The position numbers were made by a program, and so were the translations under genes. The notes below the pieces were generated by a model. That model saw nothing but the letters and a program-made list of their open reading frames with translations. It had not been told where the DNA came from and searched no databases. Of a DNA stretch of 64,000 nt, positions 14,600-28,232 are shown one piece after another. This stretch comes from the human T2T-CHM13v2.0 reference genome, Homo sapiens. How positions within the stretch are numbered: the stretch's first letter is position 1; each line of letters starts with the position of its first letter. The stretch lies in the NCBI RefSeq assembly GCF_009914755.1, contig NC_060928.1. One strand, written 5' to 3'.

Positions 14600-14900
14600 T
14601 GTAAAATCCAACATTTCATCAAGAGATGAATCTCATGGAATGTTGGGTGAAAGAAGCAAGACACAAACAGATACATGCTGTGTGGTTTCATTTACATCAA
14701 GTTCAAAACCAGGCAAAACCAACCCATGCAGACAGAAGTAAGGTGGGCCGAATAGTCTGTTTCTTGATTTAGGTGTGGGCACTCTGTGAAACTCATGAAG
14801 CAGTACATTTACATTTTACATATGTATACTTCAATAGAAACCTGCATTAAAATATTAACTCATATAGGTTTGGCAGTCGTAGGATTGTGTCTTTGTTCAG

Positions 14901-15043
14901 AAAAATAGTTACACAGTAACTGTAAACTAGAGTGCTACTTCAAAAATTGAAGTGGATTTCTTCATTTAAATGCTGTATGGTTTGGCCTCGCTGATTCTTC
15001 TTTGCTGCAGTCCAGTCACTTAGAGAGCTTTGTGCATGAAAAA
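14901..15043 (+). pseudogene. Candidate decayed gene, exon F (K*LHSNCKLECYFKN*SGFLHLNAVWFGLADSSLLQSSHLESFVHEK)
   Basis: gtctttgttCAG| ... AAA|GTAAGG; phase 1 to 0; an internal acceptor at 15010 gives an open 33-nt version. Confidence 0.5.
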
Positions 15044-15794
15044 GTAAGGCGTCAGATCCTGTCTGTTGGGCCAGTGCCTCGGACAACCAATGGTAGACAC
15101 TGCTCGGTCTGTGTACTTCCTGTACTTTAAGAGGAGATATTTTCAGACACCTACTATGTGCTACTTTGTGTACAGTATATCAATTTCACTCTACCTACCA
15201 TAGAAAGTTGGTGTAAGAGAAAAACCCCTGAGGTTTAGAGATGCTAAGTAACCTGCCCACGCAGGGACCTTTGGCGAGTGAGATACACAGCTCAGATTCA
15301 ACCTTGAGTCTCATTCTGGCACATGGACCCTGTTTAGAACATGTCACCTCATACAGCCTGGGTGAAAATAGAGTGGCAGGAATATGGAAAAAGTGTCTTA
15401 AAACATCAAGCAGTTAATAGATAACAATTTAAATTCCAAGAATCAATCCGGGGGCCTTTAATAACCTTGTGCCCTCCATCCCCACCCAGGCAAAATTAAG
15501 CAGTCCTTCTCAGGCCCACGTTCTAACCAGCACACCTCATAACACTCCTTGTGTTGGCCTCAGTATTGTCTCTTCCTTCCTGAAGACCTCAGTGCCCGAG
15601 TACCCAGCCTAGATCTCAGCCCGGGTGGGCAATCTGGAATGATTTTATTAGTCCTTGTGACTTAGAATGGGTTCGATGATACAAGGGCTTGGTACAGAAT
15701 TGCAGGCACAAAGGGCACTAGAGGACTGAGATCTCAACAAGTTTGTGAGGGAAGCAAAACTCAAGACACGTAAGACAATTTCCCAACACTATTC

Positions 15795-16114
15795 TTTATT
15801 TTATTTATTATTTATTTATTTATTTATTTTATTTTTTTGAGACAGAGTCTCACTCTGCTGCCCAGGCTGGAGTGCAGTGGCATGATCTTGGGTCACTGCA
15901 GCCTCTGCCTCCCAGGCTCAAGTGATCCTCCCAAGTAGCTGGGAGGACTACAGGCGTGAGCCACCACACCAGGCAGATTTTTGTATATTTTTGTAGAGTC
16001 GGCGTCTTGCTACATTGCCCAGGCTAGTCTTGAACTCCTGGGCTCAAGCGATCCACCCGCCTCAGCCTTCCAAAGTGTTGAGATTATAGTAATAGGTGTG
16101 AGCCACTGCCAGCC
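15795..16114 (-). mobile_element. Alu (J)
   Basis: Alu consensus with J-type features. Confidence 0.92.
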
Positions 16115-16173
16115 TACCATGTGAAATCCCACCACATGCTTATGACCAGTACTTCCTCTTACAAAATGGAAAA

Positions 16174-16515
<342 letters not shown>

Positions 16516-16545
16516 CTACCTTCCAACTCTTTTGCTAAAATCCAG

Positions 16546-16619
16546 TTTACTGGAATGAGAACAAGGATTAACTACACAAACAACCTCCCGCCCACATGTA
16601 ATTCAGGAATCACTATAAG
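16546..16619 (+). pseudogene. Candidate decayed gene, exon G (FTGMRTRINYTNNLPPTCNSGITI)
   Basis: Pyrimidine-rich acceptor CAG|; donor AAG|GTAACA; fully open, phase 0 to 2. Confidence 0.5.
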
Positions 16620-16698
16620 GTAACACTTTCTGTACTTAGTAAATGAGAAACATAATACGCTCCCTGAGTGAAAAAGAAATTTAGAAGGCCTATTTTAG

Positions 16699-16770
16699 CC
16701 ATTTCTTGAAAGCTTAATTTGGAGAAGGGATAAAGGCTGAATATATTCTGAGATCAACCACAAAGAACAG
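16699..16770 (+). pseudogene. Candidate decayed gene, exon H (72 nt; HFLKA*FGEGIKAEYILRSTTKN or PFLESLIWRRDKG*IYSEINHKEQ)
   Basis: tatttTAG| ... CAG|GTAAAT; flanked by 79-nt and 73-nt introns. Confidence 0.5.
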
Positions 16771-16843
16771 GTAAATATATAGGATATGCCTTTCTCTTAT
16801 CTTGGATGATGATAATAATTGATCTCCAATTTTCTTCAACAAG

Positions 16844-17064
16844 GGAAGGAGTTACAAGCTTGAGCGCTATGGTGTCCTGGTTCTAAATCCAGGCAAATTC
16901 AACAACATACAATTATCTGCTTTATGCTGGAGTCCCGGTTCGTCATTGAGCCAAAAAAAGAATAACACCCGCTAGGAGGATCAGTTTTCAATGGTGGAGT
17001 AAAGAACTATGATATACTCTCAATAGCTTTCACTAATGGAGATGAATTGGATAAAACTACTTGA
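16844..17064 (+). pseudogene. Candidate decayed gene, exon I (frame and 3' end ambiguous; includes HTIICFMLESRFVIEPKKE*HPLGGSVFNGGVKNYDILSIAFTNGDELDKTT*)
   Basis: Acceptor ttttcttcaacAAG|; long open stretches in two frames. Confidence 0.4.
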
Positions 17065-17225
17065 TCTCTTAAAACTTTCTTTATTCGACTGCAAAAGTGC
17101 TATCTAAAAGACAGCAATCTATACCAAAGACTGCTTTTTTAAAACAATGTTTTATTCCTAGAAATCTCTTTTTGGACAAGAGAGGCAATTCAAGGGTAGT
17201 GAGATTACCAAAGTATATTGTTTAA

Positions 17226-17580
<355 letters not shown>

Positions 17581-17875
17581 AAGTTTTAACTTTCAAAGAA
17601 AATTTAGATGCTTAGAAGGATAATGTGAGAGCTTTTCACAGATATTCACAAAAACCTACAGAACTGTAAAAAATGCTGTTGATTAATCTTGACTTTTATT
17701 TTTTCATTTTTCTCCTAACCACCCTGAGGGGGTTTTAAACAGAGAACTAGAAATGGGATTCTGGAAAAGCCTTAGTTCCTCAGAGCAGAGGGGTCATCTT
17801 ACTTCACCAAGGGAAAACTTGAGTGATTTTACAATTTTTAAGCCTTCGTATAAATGCTTCTCTGCCATCAACCCA

Positions 17876-18184
17876 TTTTTTTTCTTTCTTTTTTTTTTTT
17901 TTTTTGACAGAGTCTCACTCTGTCACCCAGGCTGAAGTGCAGTGGTGCAATCTCGCTCACTGCAACCTCCGCCTCCTGGGCTCAAGTGATTCTCTTGCCT
18001 CAGCCTCCCGAGTAGCTGGGATTACAGGCATGCACCTCCATGCATGGCTAATGTTTGTATTTTTAATAGAGATGGGGTTTCACCATGTTGGCCAGGCTGG
18101 TCGCAAACTCCTGACTTCAAGTGATCCAACCTCCTCAATCTCCCAGAGTGCTGGGATTACAGGTGTGAGCCACCGCACCCAGCC
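17876..18184 (-). mobile_element. Alu (S)
   Basis: Alu consensus. Confidence 0.95.
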
Positions 18185-18429
18185 TCATTTGCGTTCTTTT
18201 GACTTCTTCTGCATCAGTCTGGGTCTAGCTGCCTCGTCCAGGTGCAAAAAGAAGGGAAACCTTGGTTCACTTCCTGGCTTCCCACTCGTTCTGAGCCTGT
18301 TTCCTTGCTGGAGTGCTAAGCACCTACTGTGTCCCAAATTAAGGGCATGCAACAGTCCCACATTTTAAGTTTTGGGAGGTTGACAGAGTCCATCTTCTCC
18401 CAAATCCTGCTTGTTCAGCATCATCACAG

Positions 18430-18489
18430 GAAATGGCCGGTACACACAGTTGACAAACACCAGGAATCCCCAGAAAATAGAACATCAAG
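18430..18489 (+). pseudogene. Candidate exon J (NGRYTQLTNTRNPQKIEHQ)
   Basis: CAG| acceptor (alternative exon start 18419); strong donor AAG|GTAAGA; open. Confidence 0.35.
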
Positions 18490-18907
18490 GTAAGACAACC
18501 ACAGTATGTCAAAATGCATGGCTGTCAGGGTTGGAGATACCCAAGTGTCAGGCTCATCAGACCAGGCTGAGGACAGGCAGAACATGGTAGAATTCAACCA
18601 TATACCCAACTTAGACAAAATGAAGCTGAAAAGCCTTACAGGAATATCATCAGATCACTTTCTAAAGTCTCTAGGAACTTCAATATCATGTGTGTTTTGA
18701 GTCCAAGTCAGGCAGGCAGCTAGCTGCCCAAACTGAAACGGGTGGTCTCTGCAAGGACATTGGGAATGACCCCTGGACCATGCTTTGCAGCCAGACCCCT
18801 GGAGCAACTGCACTTACAGCTAGTCCTTCCTGCCACTGACTGCAGACCCTTCCATGACACGGACCATCAGAGTCACCATCATTAGCTTTGCTTTTTTGTC
18901 CTTGTAG

Positions 18908-19147
18908 AGTTGAGGGAGCTAAAGCCACCTCCAGCCCCTGTGGGATGGATGCTCTGCTGAAATTCCTGAGCAGCACAGCCAGCCCCAGAAGTTCTAACTC
19001 TCGAGAACCTGGGGTAATGGATGGCAAGAACAGAAATGAAGACTCTGCTGCAGTGCTAAGGACACCTTTTAACTGTGTCACATTTGCCAAACTTTGCCTT
19101 AAATGTATCACGGTAACTGATAGTTTTGACGGAAAAATAAAGATCCC
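18908..19147 (+). pseudogene. Candidate terminal exon K with AATAAA
   Basis: Strong acceptor ctttgcttttttgtccttgTAG|; AATAAA at 19136-19141. Confidence 0.4.
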
Positions 19148-19508
19148 TGATATGGCTTGGCTGTGTCCCCACCCAAATCTCATCTTAAATTGTAGCTCCC
19201 ACAATTCCCATGTGTTGTGGGAGGTACCCGGTGGGAGGTAATTGAATCATGGGTACGGGTCTTTCCTGTGCTGTTCTTGTAATAGTGAATAGGTCTCACG
19301 AGACCTGATGGTTTCATAAAGAGTTTTCCTGCACAAATTCTCTCTCGTCTCTCGTCTGCCGCCATGGAAGACATGCCTTTTGCCTTCCGCCATGATTGTG
19401 AGGCCTCCCCAGCCACGTGGAACTGTGAGTCCATTAAACTTCTTTTTCTTTATAAATTACCCCATCTCAGGTATATCTTTATCAGCAGAGTGAAAACAAA
19501 CTAATACA
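19148..19508 (+). mobile_element. Solo MaLR LTR, THE1 family
   Basis: TGATATGGCTTGGCTGTGTCCCCACCCAAATCTCATC...CTAATACA; TSD ATCCC/ATCAC. Confidence 0.92.
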
Positions 19509-20723
19509 ATCACAAACTGAAATTCCATGGCGCTTGTAGAACATCATGTGACTCTCACGGGGTGGCCCTGCATCTCCCCTGTGCCCGGGTGATAACTGCA
19601 GAGCACACCTCCCTCTGCTCCCTGGAGTGCTGGCATAGGAAGACTTCGGGACTGGACTGGGGAGTCACAGCTCTGTTCTGCTTTTGTCCCTAATTAGGTA
19701 TGTGGTCTGGGTTGTTTCACTTTCTCAGTTTTCTTTTGCTTTCCAGAATGTCTAAAGCTTCTCATGGCCCAAAAATTGTTACTGGTAACGGTAAGAGTAG
19801 TGACAGCACACACTGAGGGGATCTATTGTGTCTAATAAGGGAACATGCTGTGTCCTTTACGTGAATTAGTTCATTCACTCACAACCTTTACTATCCCCAT
19901 TGTCCAGCTGAGAAAAGTGAGGTTCAGAGGTTAGCCAATAAGGGACAGAGTCAGGACCTGACTCTGGGCCTGATTCTGAAGCCTGAGTCCTACTCATTCT
20001 GACAGTGCCACTCAATGCCGTCACTACACTTATATGTGGCACATCCCCTAATGAGCACTGAACTCAAGATGCTGCTTGGCTTGGCTGGCAAGTCCCAGAG
20101 TGAAGCTGCTCCATGGGCTTCTGGGCACTCAGAGGCTCAGACAGGGCCTCTGTCCTCCCTCTCATCCCTCCTCTCCGTCCTAACCCTTTAAACTACTTGT
20201 TCCATGTCCCAGACTTGCTTTTGTGGGGAATTGATGAGATATTAATGAAACTGGCTAAGGGGTGATCTGTACCAGAGGACCAGCTTTTAAGGGTCTTGTG
20301 GGCAAAACCTACTGAACCATCCAAGAGGTGGCAAAAAGGCTGTCCTACAGCACAATCAACCAGGACTTCAAACACTGTTTCTGAAAGCATTCAGTCCAAT
20401 CAGAGCACTGGAGCAGCCACACAGCTGCACAAGAGATTCAGTCTCCAATGAGCTATTTCCCTGTGCCTCTCGCTTCCAGTCACAGGCCATGCTCCTGAAT
20501 CCAGCCACTGACAAACTCGTCTCTTTGGCTGAAGGTAGATGGGGCCAGTGTGGATGGGTGAACCTGTTACAGAGAAGCCTCCTCTATAGCACCATACTTC
20601 TGGCTACAGAAGGATTAACACATACAAGACTCTTGTCATGACCATTCCCGCAGTTCACATACACATTCCAACAACACAAAAAACAAACGCACAAAACATC
20701 TCTAATCAAAAATGTGTAGAAAT

Positions 20724-21013
<290 letters not shown>

Positions 21014-21183
21014 AGTGTAGAAATGATGTGGTTAAAATGAATACTTTTTAGTCTGATCAAAAGAGGAATTACTTTTTTACTTGTTGCTGCACTACATTGA
21101 AAAAAATTTTTTCACACAAAACTATTTTGTAAAGTTCAGTAATTTTTGCCACAACAAATTTAGAAGTTTGGACCAGAATATAT

Positions 21184-21189
21184 TTTATT
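21184..21189 (-). terminator. LYAR: LYAR polyadenylation signal AATAAA
   Basis: TTTATT on + strand, ~160 nt after the stop, followed by U-rich sequence on the - strand. Confidence 0.75.
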
Positions 21190-21348
21190 TTTCTCATAAA
21201 AGTTATACCAAAAATATATTTTTTCTTAACTTAAAAATACAGCTTCAAAAAGCAAAATTTGAGTTGTTAGAATTCATTACACATTTTATAAACAGCAGTG
21301 AAAGGAAGAAGTCAGCAGAATGGATTCAATTTTTAAATACACAAATGT

Positions 21349-21483
21349 TCATTTCACAAGCTTGACTTTGTCCTTTAATAACTTAAAGGTAGGGTTCTTG
21401 CTGATTTTCTTGTTAAAGATGACCAGGAGTTCCTCTTCGGATCTGTGATGCTCATCTGTCACTGTGTAGTACTGAGCTAAAAC
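21349..21483 (-). CDS. LYAR: LYAR exon 10 CDS (VLAQYYTVTDEHHRSEEELLVIFNKKISKNPTFKLLKDKVKLVK*)
   Basis: 135 nt to TGA; the eight coding exons sum to 1140 nt = 379 aa + stop. Confidence 0.97.
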   Translation of the reverse strand, partial: VLAQYYTVTDEHHRSEEELLVIFNKKISKNPTFKLLKDKVKLVK

Positions 21484-21990
21484 CTTCACAAAGAAAAACA
21501 TCAAATGAGTGTATTTGACCTGGAAAATTATCTTAAAATGTTCTGTCTTTAACCCAGAAATAGAACAACAGGAAAAAATAAAAGAAACCCAGGAGCAAGC
21601 GACACCGGCGTGCTCTCCTTGGAAAACCCAGGCGGCAGCCACGTGCAGGGGTTTGGCCATGTGTGAGTCATCCTGAGAAACAAAGTGAAATAAAGGAGAA
21701 GAAACCACTGCTCTGGGATAGGCAAAAGAGAGCAAATATCTAGAACAATAATTTCCAAACAATAAAAATTAAATAAATGGAGCCTCTCTTCAAAGTCTTA
21801 TAAACAAGCCCAAAATCTAGGCACCACCCTGGCTGAGGCTGTGTGGGGCTTTGGAGCAGCTTGAAAATCACTGAGACACACACACAGATTTTCAGTGTTT
21901 TAGGTGAAAAAAGAAAAAAACAAACAATTGTACATTTAGAAATAAGTTCTCCCCAGCTGTTAGACACGTGGGTTTGTTCATATGCCATAC

Positions 21991-22076
21991 CTTTTTCCTT
22001 AGCTTTTTGATGGTTATTTCATTGTCTGGGGCCTGTTTCAGAATTGCTTTAATAGTTCCCTTCCAGTTGAATTTAC
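21991..22076 (-). CDS. LYAR: LYAR exon 9 (KFNWKGTIKAILKQAPDNEITIKKLRKK)
   Basis: AG/GT bounded, 86 nt. Confidence 0.97.
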
Positions 22077-23397
22077 CTACAATATAAATAATAATATTTA
22101 AGACATTTCGTTTTGTTGTACTACGAGAAGGGTAAAGAAACAACTTCTGCAACACCTATTTGCTTCCCAGGAAATGAGCTAACCCTCTAATGAACCAGAC
22201 TCCATAGCACCAAGCATCTGTTCAATTCCAATGTCCTAGAAGCACTCACTACCCTTCAAAGGACTGGCTCTTAAGAGTGAGCAGGTGCCCATGTGCTATT
22301 GGCATGACAAACTCCTAGATAGAGTTGTATGTAATGAACTCAACACAGATTTCCTAAGCATCCACTAAGATCATGGGGCTGTCCATGCACAGTAGGGAGG
22401 ACAAAGATGAGCAAAACAGCTTGACCTGAAATGAGAGAGAGGACAACCACAAACTATTACAGAGGAACTAAAAATACTCATCTAGGGAACTTCTGCTTCT
22501 GGGAAGATGGAGTGGACACACTTTCCCCTTCCTCCTGCCCACTACAACTGAGAACCCTGAAACTATATAGGCAAGAAATGTAAGAAGACTCTGAAAGGTA
22601 GAGACCAGCTGGGACCTCGGGGCCTGCAGAGCAACACGGGGTGAGCCTCTTGCTGCCTGTACCCCAGATCTGGAGTTGAAGAACCCAGCAACCTGAACAC
22701 CAACAGCACAGACAAAACAGTCCCAACAGAAGCCTGCTCTCTTGGCAAAGGACCGGGAAAGGGCAGCCTAGCAAGACAGAAAACTTTTGTATAATAACAA
22801 CCCTACTGCAGCCACACATCACAGAAAAAACGGTGGCTCCACCCCCACCCGCACCAGCAAAAGCCGAGTGGCGAGCCTGAGTTCTCTACCCTCGCAAGGC
22901 TGTAATGAGGGACGGTGTCACAGAAGGCCAAGCAGGAATTCAGGGGTCTCATCCACACAGGCCGGTCATGAGGCTGCCCCTGCTGTGATGTCAGTGGAAC
23001 CTGCACCAGGAGCCCTGCCCGGCAGGAGCAAGAAGTGGCCATCCTCAGGTGTGGATGGAGGCTGAGTAGAGAGCCTGGACTTCCGCCCCCACCTGACAGC
23101 AACAAGGCCGTGCCCCTCCACAACCACCAAAGTCATGTGAGAGAAAGCCAGTTAAAACAGAAAGCGTAAACAGGATCTCACACCTTACAAAAACAACTAA
23201 CTCAAAATGGATCATGGACTTCAATAAAAAATGTAAGACTAGGAGGCATTTAACATAGACCTGAAATTTGCTGTGAGGATATATCTTAAGTGTTCTCAAC
23301 ACACACACACGTAAACTATGTGAGGTGATAAATGTGTTAATCAGCTTGATTGTAGTGACTATTTCACAATGTACATGTATAATAAAACATTAAGTTG

Positions 23398-23680
23398 AGC
23401 TGGGCATGGTGGCTCATGCTTGTAATCCAGGCACTTTGGGAGGCTGAGGCAGAAGGATTGCTTGAGCCCAGGAGTTCAAGACAGGCCTGGGCAACACTGC
23501 AAGACCTCCGTCACAAAATTTTAAAACTTCGCTGGGTGTGGTGGTGTGTACTCGTAGTCCTAACTACTCAGGAAGATTGCTTGAGCTCAGGAAGTTGAGG
23601 CTGCAGTGAGTCATGATCACACCAATGCACTCCACCCTGGGCAACAGTGAGACCCTGTCTCGAAAAATAAAAATAAAATA
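23398..23680 (+). mobile_element. Alu (J)
   Basis: Alu consensus. Confidence 0.92.
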
Positions 23681-24339
23681 CAGTAACACATTAAATTGTA
23701 CACCTGAACTACATAAAATGTTGATTTGTAAAAAAAAAAAAAAAAAAAAGTTATCCATTAAGATAATTTAGAAAACAAAAAAATCTTTAGGCTCTAGGGC
23801 TAGGTAAAGAGTTGTTAGCACAATCCATAAGATAAATTGATAAATTGAACTTTATCAAAATAAAAACCATTTGCCCTAAAAAGACTCTGTTATGATGAAA
23901 AAACAAGCAAAAAGACTGAAAAAAAATTCACAAACTGTTATGTCCCACAAAGGAGTACTATTTAGAATAAATTTAAAAACTAAAATCTCAACAGTTAAAA
24001 AAAAAAAAAACCCACAAAAACAACAACCAAAAAAACCCCAAACAACTCAAATTAGAAAATAGGGGAAAAAAATTTAAAAAAAGAGAGCAGACATTTCAAC
24101 AAAAACATATACAGATAGCAAATATGCACAGAAGAAGGTGCTCAACAACATTAGTCATTAGGGCCACACAAATTCAAACCACAATGAGCGGTTACCACAC
24201 ATCTATCAGAATGGCGAAAATACAACACAGTGGCAACGCCTAATATTGACCATGATGTGGAGAAACTAGATCCTTTACACACTGCTACTGGGAATATAAA
24301 ATGTGTACAGAGACTCCTGAAACAGCTGACAGTTTTTTC

Positions 24340-25145
24340 CTTTTTAAATTTTTGTGGGTACACAGCAGGTGTATATGGGGCACGTGAGATATTTTGATAC
24401 AGACATGCAATGTATGATACTTACATCAGAGTAAATGGGGTATCCATCACCTCAAGCATTTATCCTTTTGTGTTACAAACAATCCAATTATACTCTAGTT
24501 ATTTTAAAATGTACAATTAAATTATTATTGACTACAGCCACCCTGTTGTGTTATGAAATACTAGATCTTATTCATTCTATTTTCTTGATACCCATTAACC
24601 ATCCCCACCTCTCCCACAGCCTCCCACCACCCTTTCCAGTCTCTGGTAACCATCCTTTTACTCTCTATCTCCATGAGTTGGCAACTGTTTTGATTTTTAG
24701 ATCCCACAAATAAGTGAAAACATGCTATGCTTGTCTTCCTGTGCTTGGCTTATTTCACTTAGCATAATGACTTCCAGTTCCATCCACGTTGCTGCAAATG
24801 ACAGGATCTCATTCTTTTTATGGCTGAATAGTACTCCGCTGTGTACATGCACCACATTTTCTTTACCCATTCATCTGCTGCTGGACACATAGGTTGCTCC
24901 AATCTTGGTTATTGTAAATAGTGCTGCAACAAACACGGGAGTGCAGGTATCTCTTCAACACAGGGATTTCCTTTCTTCTGAATATATACCCAAACAGTGG
25001 GGCTGCTGGATTGGACGGGAGCTCTATTCTTAGGTTTCTGAGGAACCTCCAAGCGGTTCTCCATAGTGGTTGTACTAATTTACATTCCCACCAACAGTGC
25101 ACCAGCGTTCCTTTTTCTCCACATCCTCGCCAGCATTAGTTATTG
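24340..25145 (-). mobile_element. L1MA-type 3' fragment nested in the older L1
   Basis: [23 protein letters not shown]2 motif on - strand plus 3'UTR. Confidence 0.85.
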
Positions 25146-25806
25146 AGCTGGTGGTTTCTTAGAAAAGAAAGAATATGCAACTACTGTATGACACAGCATT
25201 GAACATTCGCTTCAGAAAAACTGACTTAGTTCACACAGAAACCTGCACATCAATGTTTACTGCAGCTTTATTCATTAATAACCAGAGACTAGAAACCACC
25301 CAGGTGTCCCTCCACAGGTGAATGATGAAAGGACTGTGATGCACGCACAGCACGGGATACTCCTCACCAATAAGATGAATATTGGTCAGTTCAGCAACCT
25401 GGGTGAATCTCCAGAGAAAAACGCTGAGCGAAGAGTCAGTCTCAAAAGGTTACATACTGTATGATTCCATTCATAGAACATTCGGAGATTCCAGAAATGA
25501 AGAACAGATTAGTGATTGCCAGAGGCTAAGGAGGGGGTGGGGGTGAGAGGGAAGTGGCTGTGGCTACAAGAGGGCAGCAGGAGGCAGCCTTGCGCAATGG
25601 CGATGGAAATGGAAGCGTATCCATGTCAACATCCCGGCTGAGATGCTGTACTACAGTTGTGTAAAGTGTTATCCTGGGTGGCAACAAGGTAAAGGGTACG
25701 CGGATACATAAGGACGCCTGAGTCTCCATTATTTCTTACAACTGCATGTGAGTCTACAAGGATCTCAAAACAAAAAATGTAACAACAACAACAAAAATAA
25801 CCATTC

Positions 25807-26206
25807 CAGTTGTCCCCCTTGATCTGCAGGGGACAGTTCCCAGACCCCCAGTGGATGCCTGAAATCACAATGGTACTGAACCCCTATATATACTGTCTTT
25901 CCCTAAATATTCATTCATGCCTATGACAATGCTCCACTTATAAATGAGGCACAGTAAAAGATTATCAATAACTAATAATAAAATAGAACAATTTTACAAT
26001 ACACTATAATAAAAGTTATGTGAATGTGGTCTCTCTGTGTCTCTCTAAATATCTTATTGTCCTATCCTCACCCTTCTTGTGGTGAAGAAGGCATACAGCA
26101 GGACAGCAAGAGATCTCGCCATGCTGCTCAGAACAGCATGCAATGGAAAACTTATCAATTGTTTATTTCTGGAATTTTCCATCCCACAGATATGGGGACA
26201 CTACTG
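25807..26206. mobile_element. TcMar-Tigger MITE (MER44-like)
   Basis: Imperfect terminal inverted repeats CAGTTGTCCCC / GGGGACACTACTG. Confidence 0.65.
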
Positions 26207-27044
26207 TTTACTAAGTTGAGAAGGGGGTTTTAAGCTTAGAGATCTAACCCAATGCTGGCAGTCACTGAACTCTGCTAATAAAGCTGCAGGCCCATTTGAG
26301 TCTTTGGACCTGTTCTGAACTGCAGGATCCTGGGGGTTGCGGGAGGTGGCAGAGAGATGACGACTTGCCACCTCCCGACAGGTATGAGTGCTTCAGGCCT
26401 GAAGAAGCAGGAGAGAAGCTTTGTGTAAGAGACAGCATTTCAGAGGGCCCGTGAAGGCCAGGGACTGGATTCTGAGGTTGAGGATACAAGCAAGGAGACC
26501 CCAGAAACAGGCCCAGAGATGGGCAGGGGCACAGTTCAGGGGACTTCTAAGAGAACAGAGAAAGGCAGGGGCAAGAGAGTTGGGGAGGAGCGAAAGGGAA
26601 CAGGGTCTCAGAAAGCTATATTGGGCTTATTTAAATTTCAAAGATAACATACATTTCCAAACCAGACTGCTTTACTTTTCTCCTTAAAGACAGTGGGTGA
26701 GAGGCACTGTAAGACTGACTCACACACCCTAGAGAACTGATTTTACTTTCAAATTCTTATATATACCTCTGGAGGGTAAGACCCTACTAGAAGTGCCCAC
26801 ATTACACCTTCCTTCCCCAGAAGGGGGCATCTCTCGGCCCCTCTCCCAACCTACAAGGGACCGTGTATTTCTCTCTTTTCTTTTCTCTCTCTCTCGCTTT
26901 TTGAAAGTGGTACGCCCATGGCTCACTACAGCCTCACACTCCTGAGCTCAAGTGACCCTCCTGCCCCTGCCTCTGAAGTAGCTGGGACTATCAGTGAGAG
27001 CCGCTGTGCCCAGCTGTGCTCTTCAAATGACAGCAGTGATATAC

Positions 27045-27131
27045 CTTTTGCAGGAGCCTCATCGTCTTCTGGTTCTCCGCCCTCAGGATGCTCTGGGAGC
27101 TTCATCTTTTTCTTCTTAGAATCTGTTTCAA
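27045..27131 (-). CDS. LYAR: LYAR exon 8 (ETDSKKKKMKLPEHPEGGEPEDDEAPAK)
   Basis: AG/GT bounded, 87 nt. Confidence 0.96.
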
Positions 27132-27416
27132 CTAAGTATTTGGAAAGATTTTTTTTAAAGAAGATTTTGCATTTACGCTAGCAGCTACCATTTAATGAGA
27201 CCTTATGCGAGCTAGGCAAACTCCACGTATCATCTCATTTCTTCTCCAAGCTGCCCAGCCCCGGTTTATAAAACCCCAGGAGGGTTTTATCCTCCTCCAT
27301 GCTGGAGATGGGATGAAGGGAGTTGAGAAGTGAGGTCATTTGCCTGGGCAGGGCCCACCTCTGCCTGGCCACAAAGCTTATGCTCGTTCCCTTACTTGGT
27401 TCAAAACATAAGGTCT

Positions 27417-27746
<330 letters not shown>

Positions 27747-27829
27747 CTAGGTCTAAGAGGCTTAAATATCCCAAATTCACAGCTTTCCCGGTTTTCAGAT
27801 GAATCCCAGAGCGTGAGCTAGCCACTTAC

Positions 27830-28232
27830 CTTCCGAGTGCCTCCGCTTCCTCTTCCCTGCGCCCACGCGTGCCTCTTCCTCACTGGCGCTGTCCTTGCGC
27901 TGCTTCTTCTTCTTGCTCCTCTTCCCTGCAGAGCCATTGGCCTCAGGGACTTCCTCCCCACCAGCCTCAAGGTCAGCCTCCTGTCCCTTTTTGCGCTTCT
28001 TAGGCTTCTGATTCCTTGAGTTTTCCTGGTGGTTTTCTAACTTTAGTTCTTTCTTTTCTCTTTTCCTTTTCTTCTGCCGTTCTTCCTTTCTTTCTCTTTT
28101 ATTCTTCTTCACCTCCCCTTGCTGTTCCACGGCGTCTTTCACTTTGGAGGCTGGAACCTTGGTGGAGATTTCTGCATGTGGATTTGCCACTGGGTGGAGT
28201 GGCCGTTGATCCTGTTCCTTATTGACTGGTTC
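27830..28232 (-). CDS. LYAR: LYAR exon 7 (Lys/Glu-rich coiled-coil and basic region, EPVNKEQD...KRKRRHSE)
   Basis: 403 nt within ORF 27795..28268; donor AAG|GTAAGT. Confidence 0.97.

Larger units (their letters stand above)
22470..25790 (+). mobile_element. Fragmented old L1M in LYAR intron 8, interrupted by an AluJ and a younger L1
   Basis: Recognisable degenerate L1 ORF2-end and 3'UTR segments. Confidence 0.7.
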
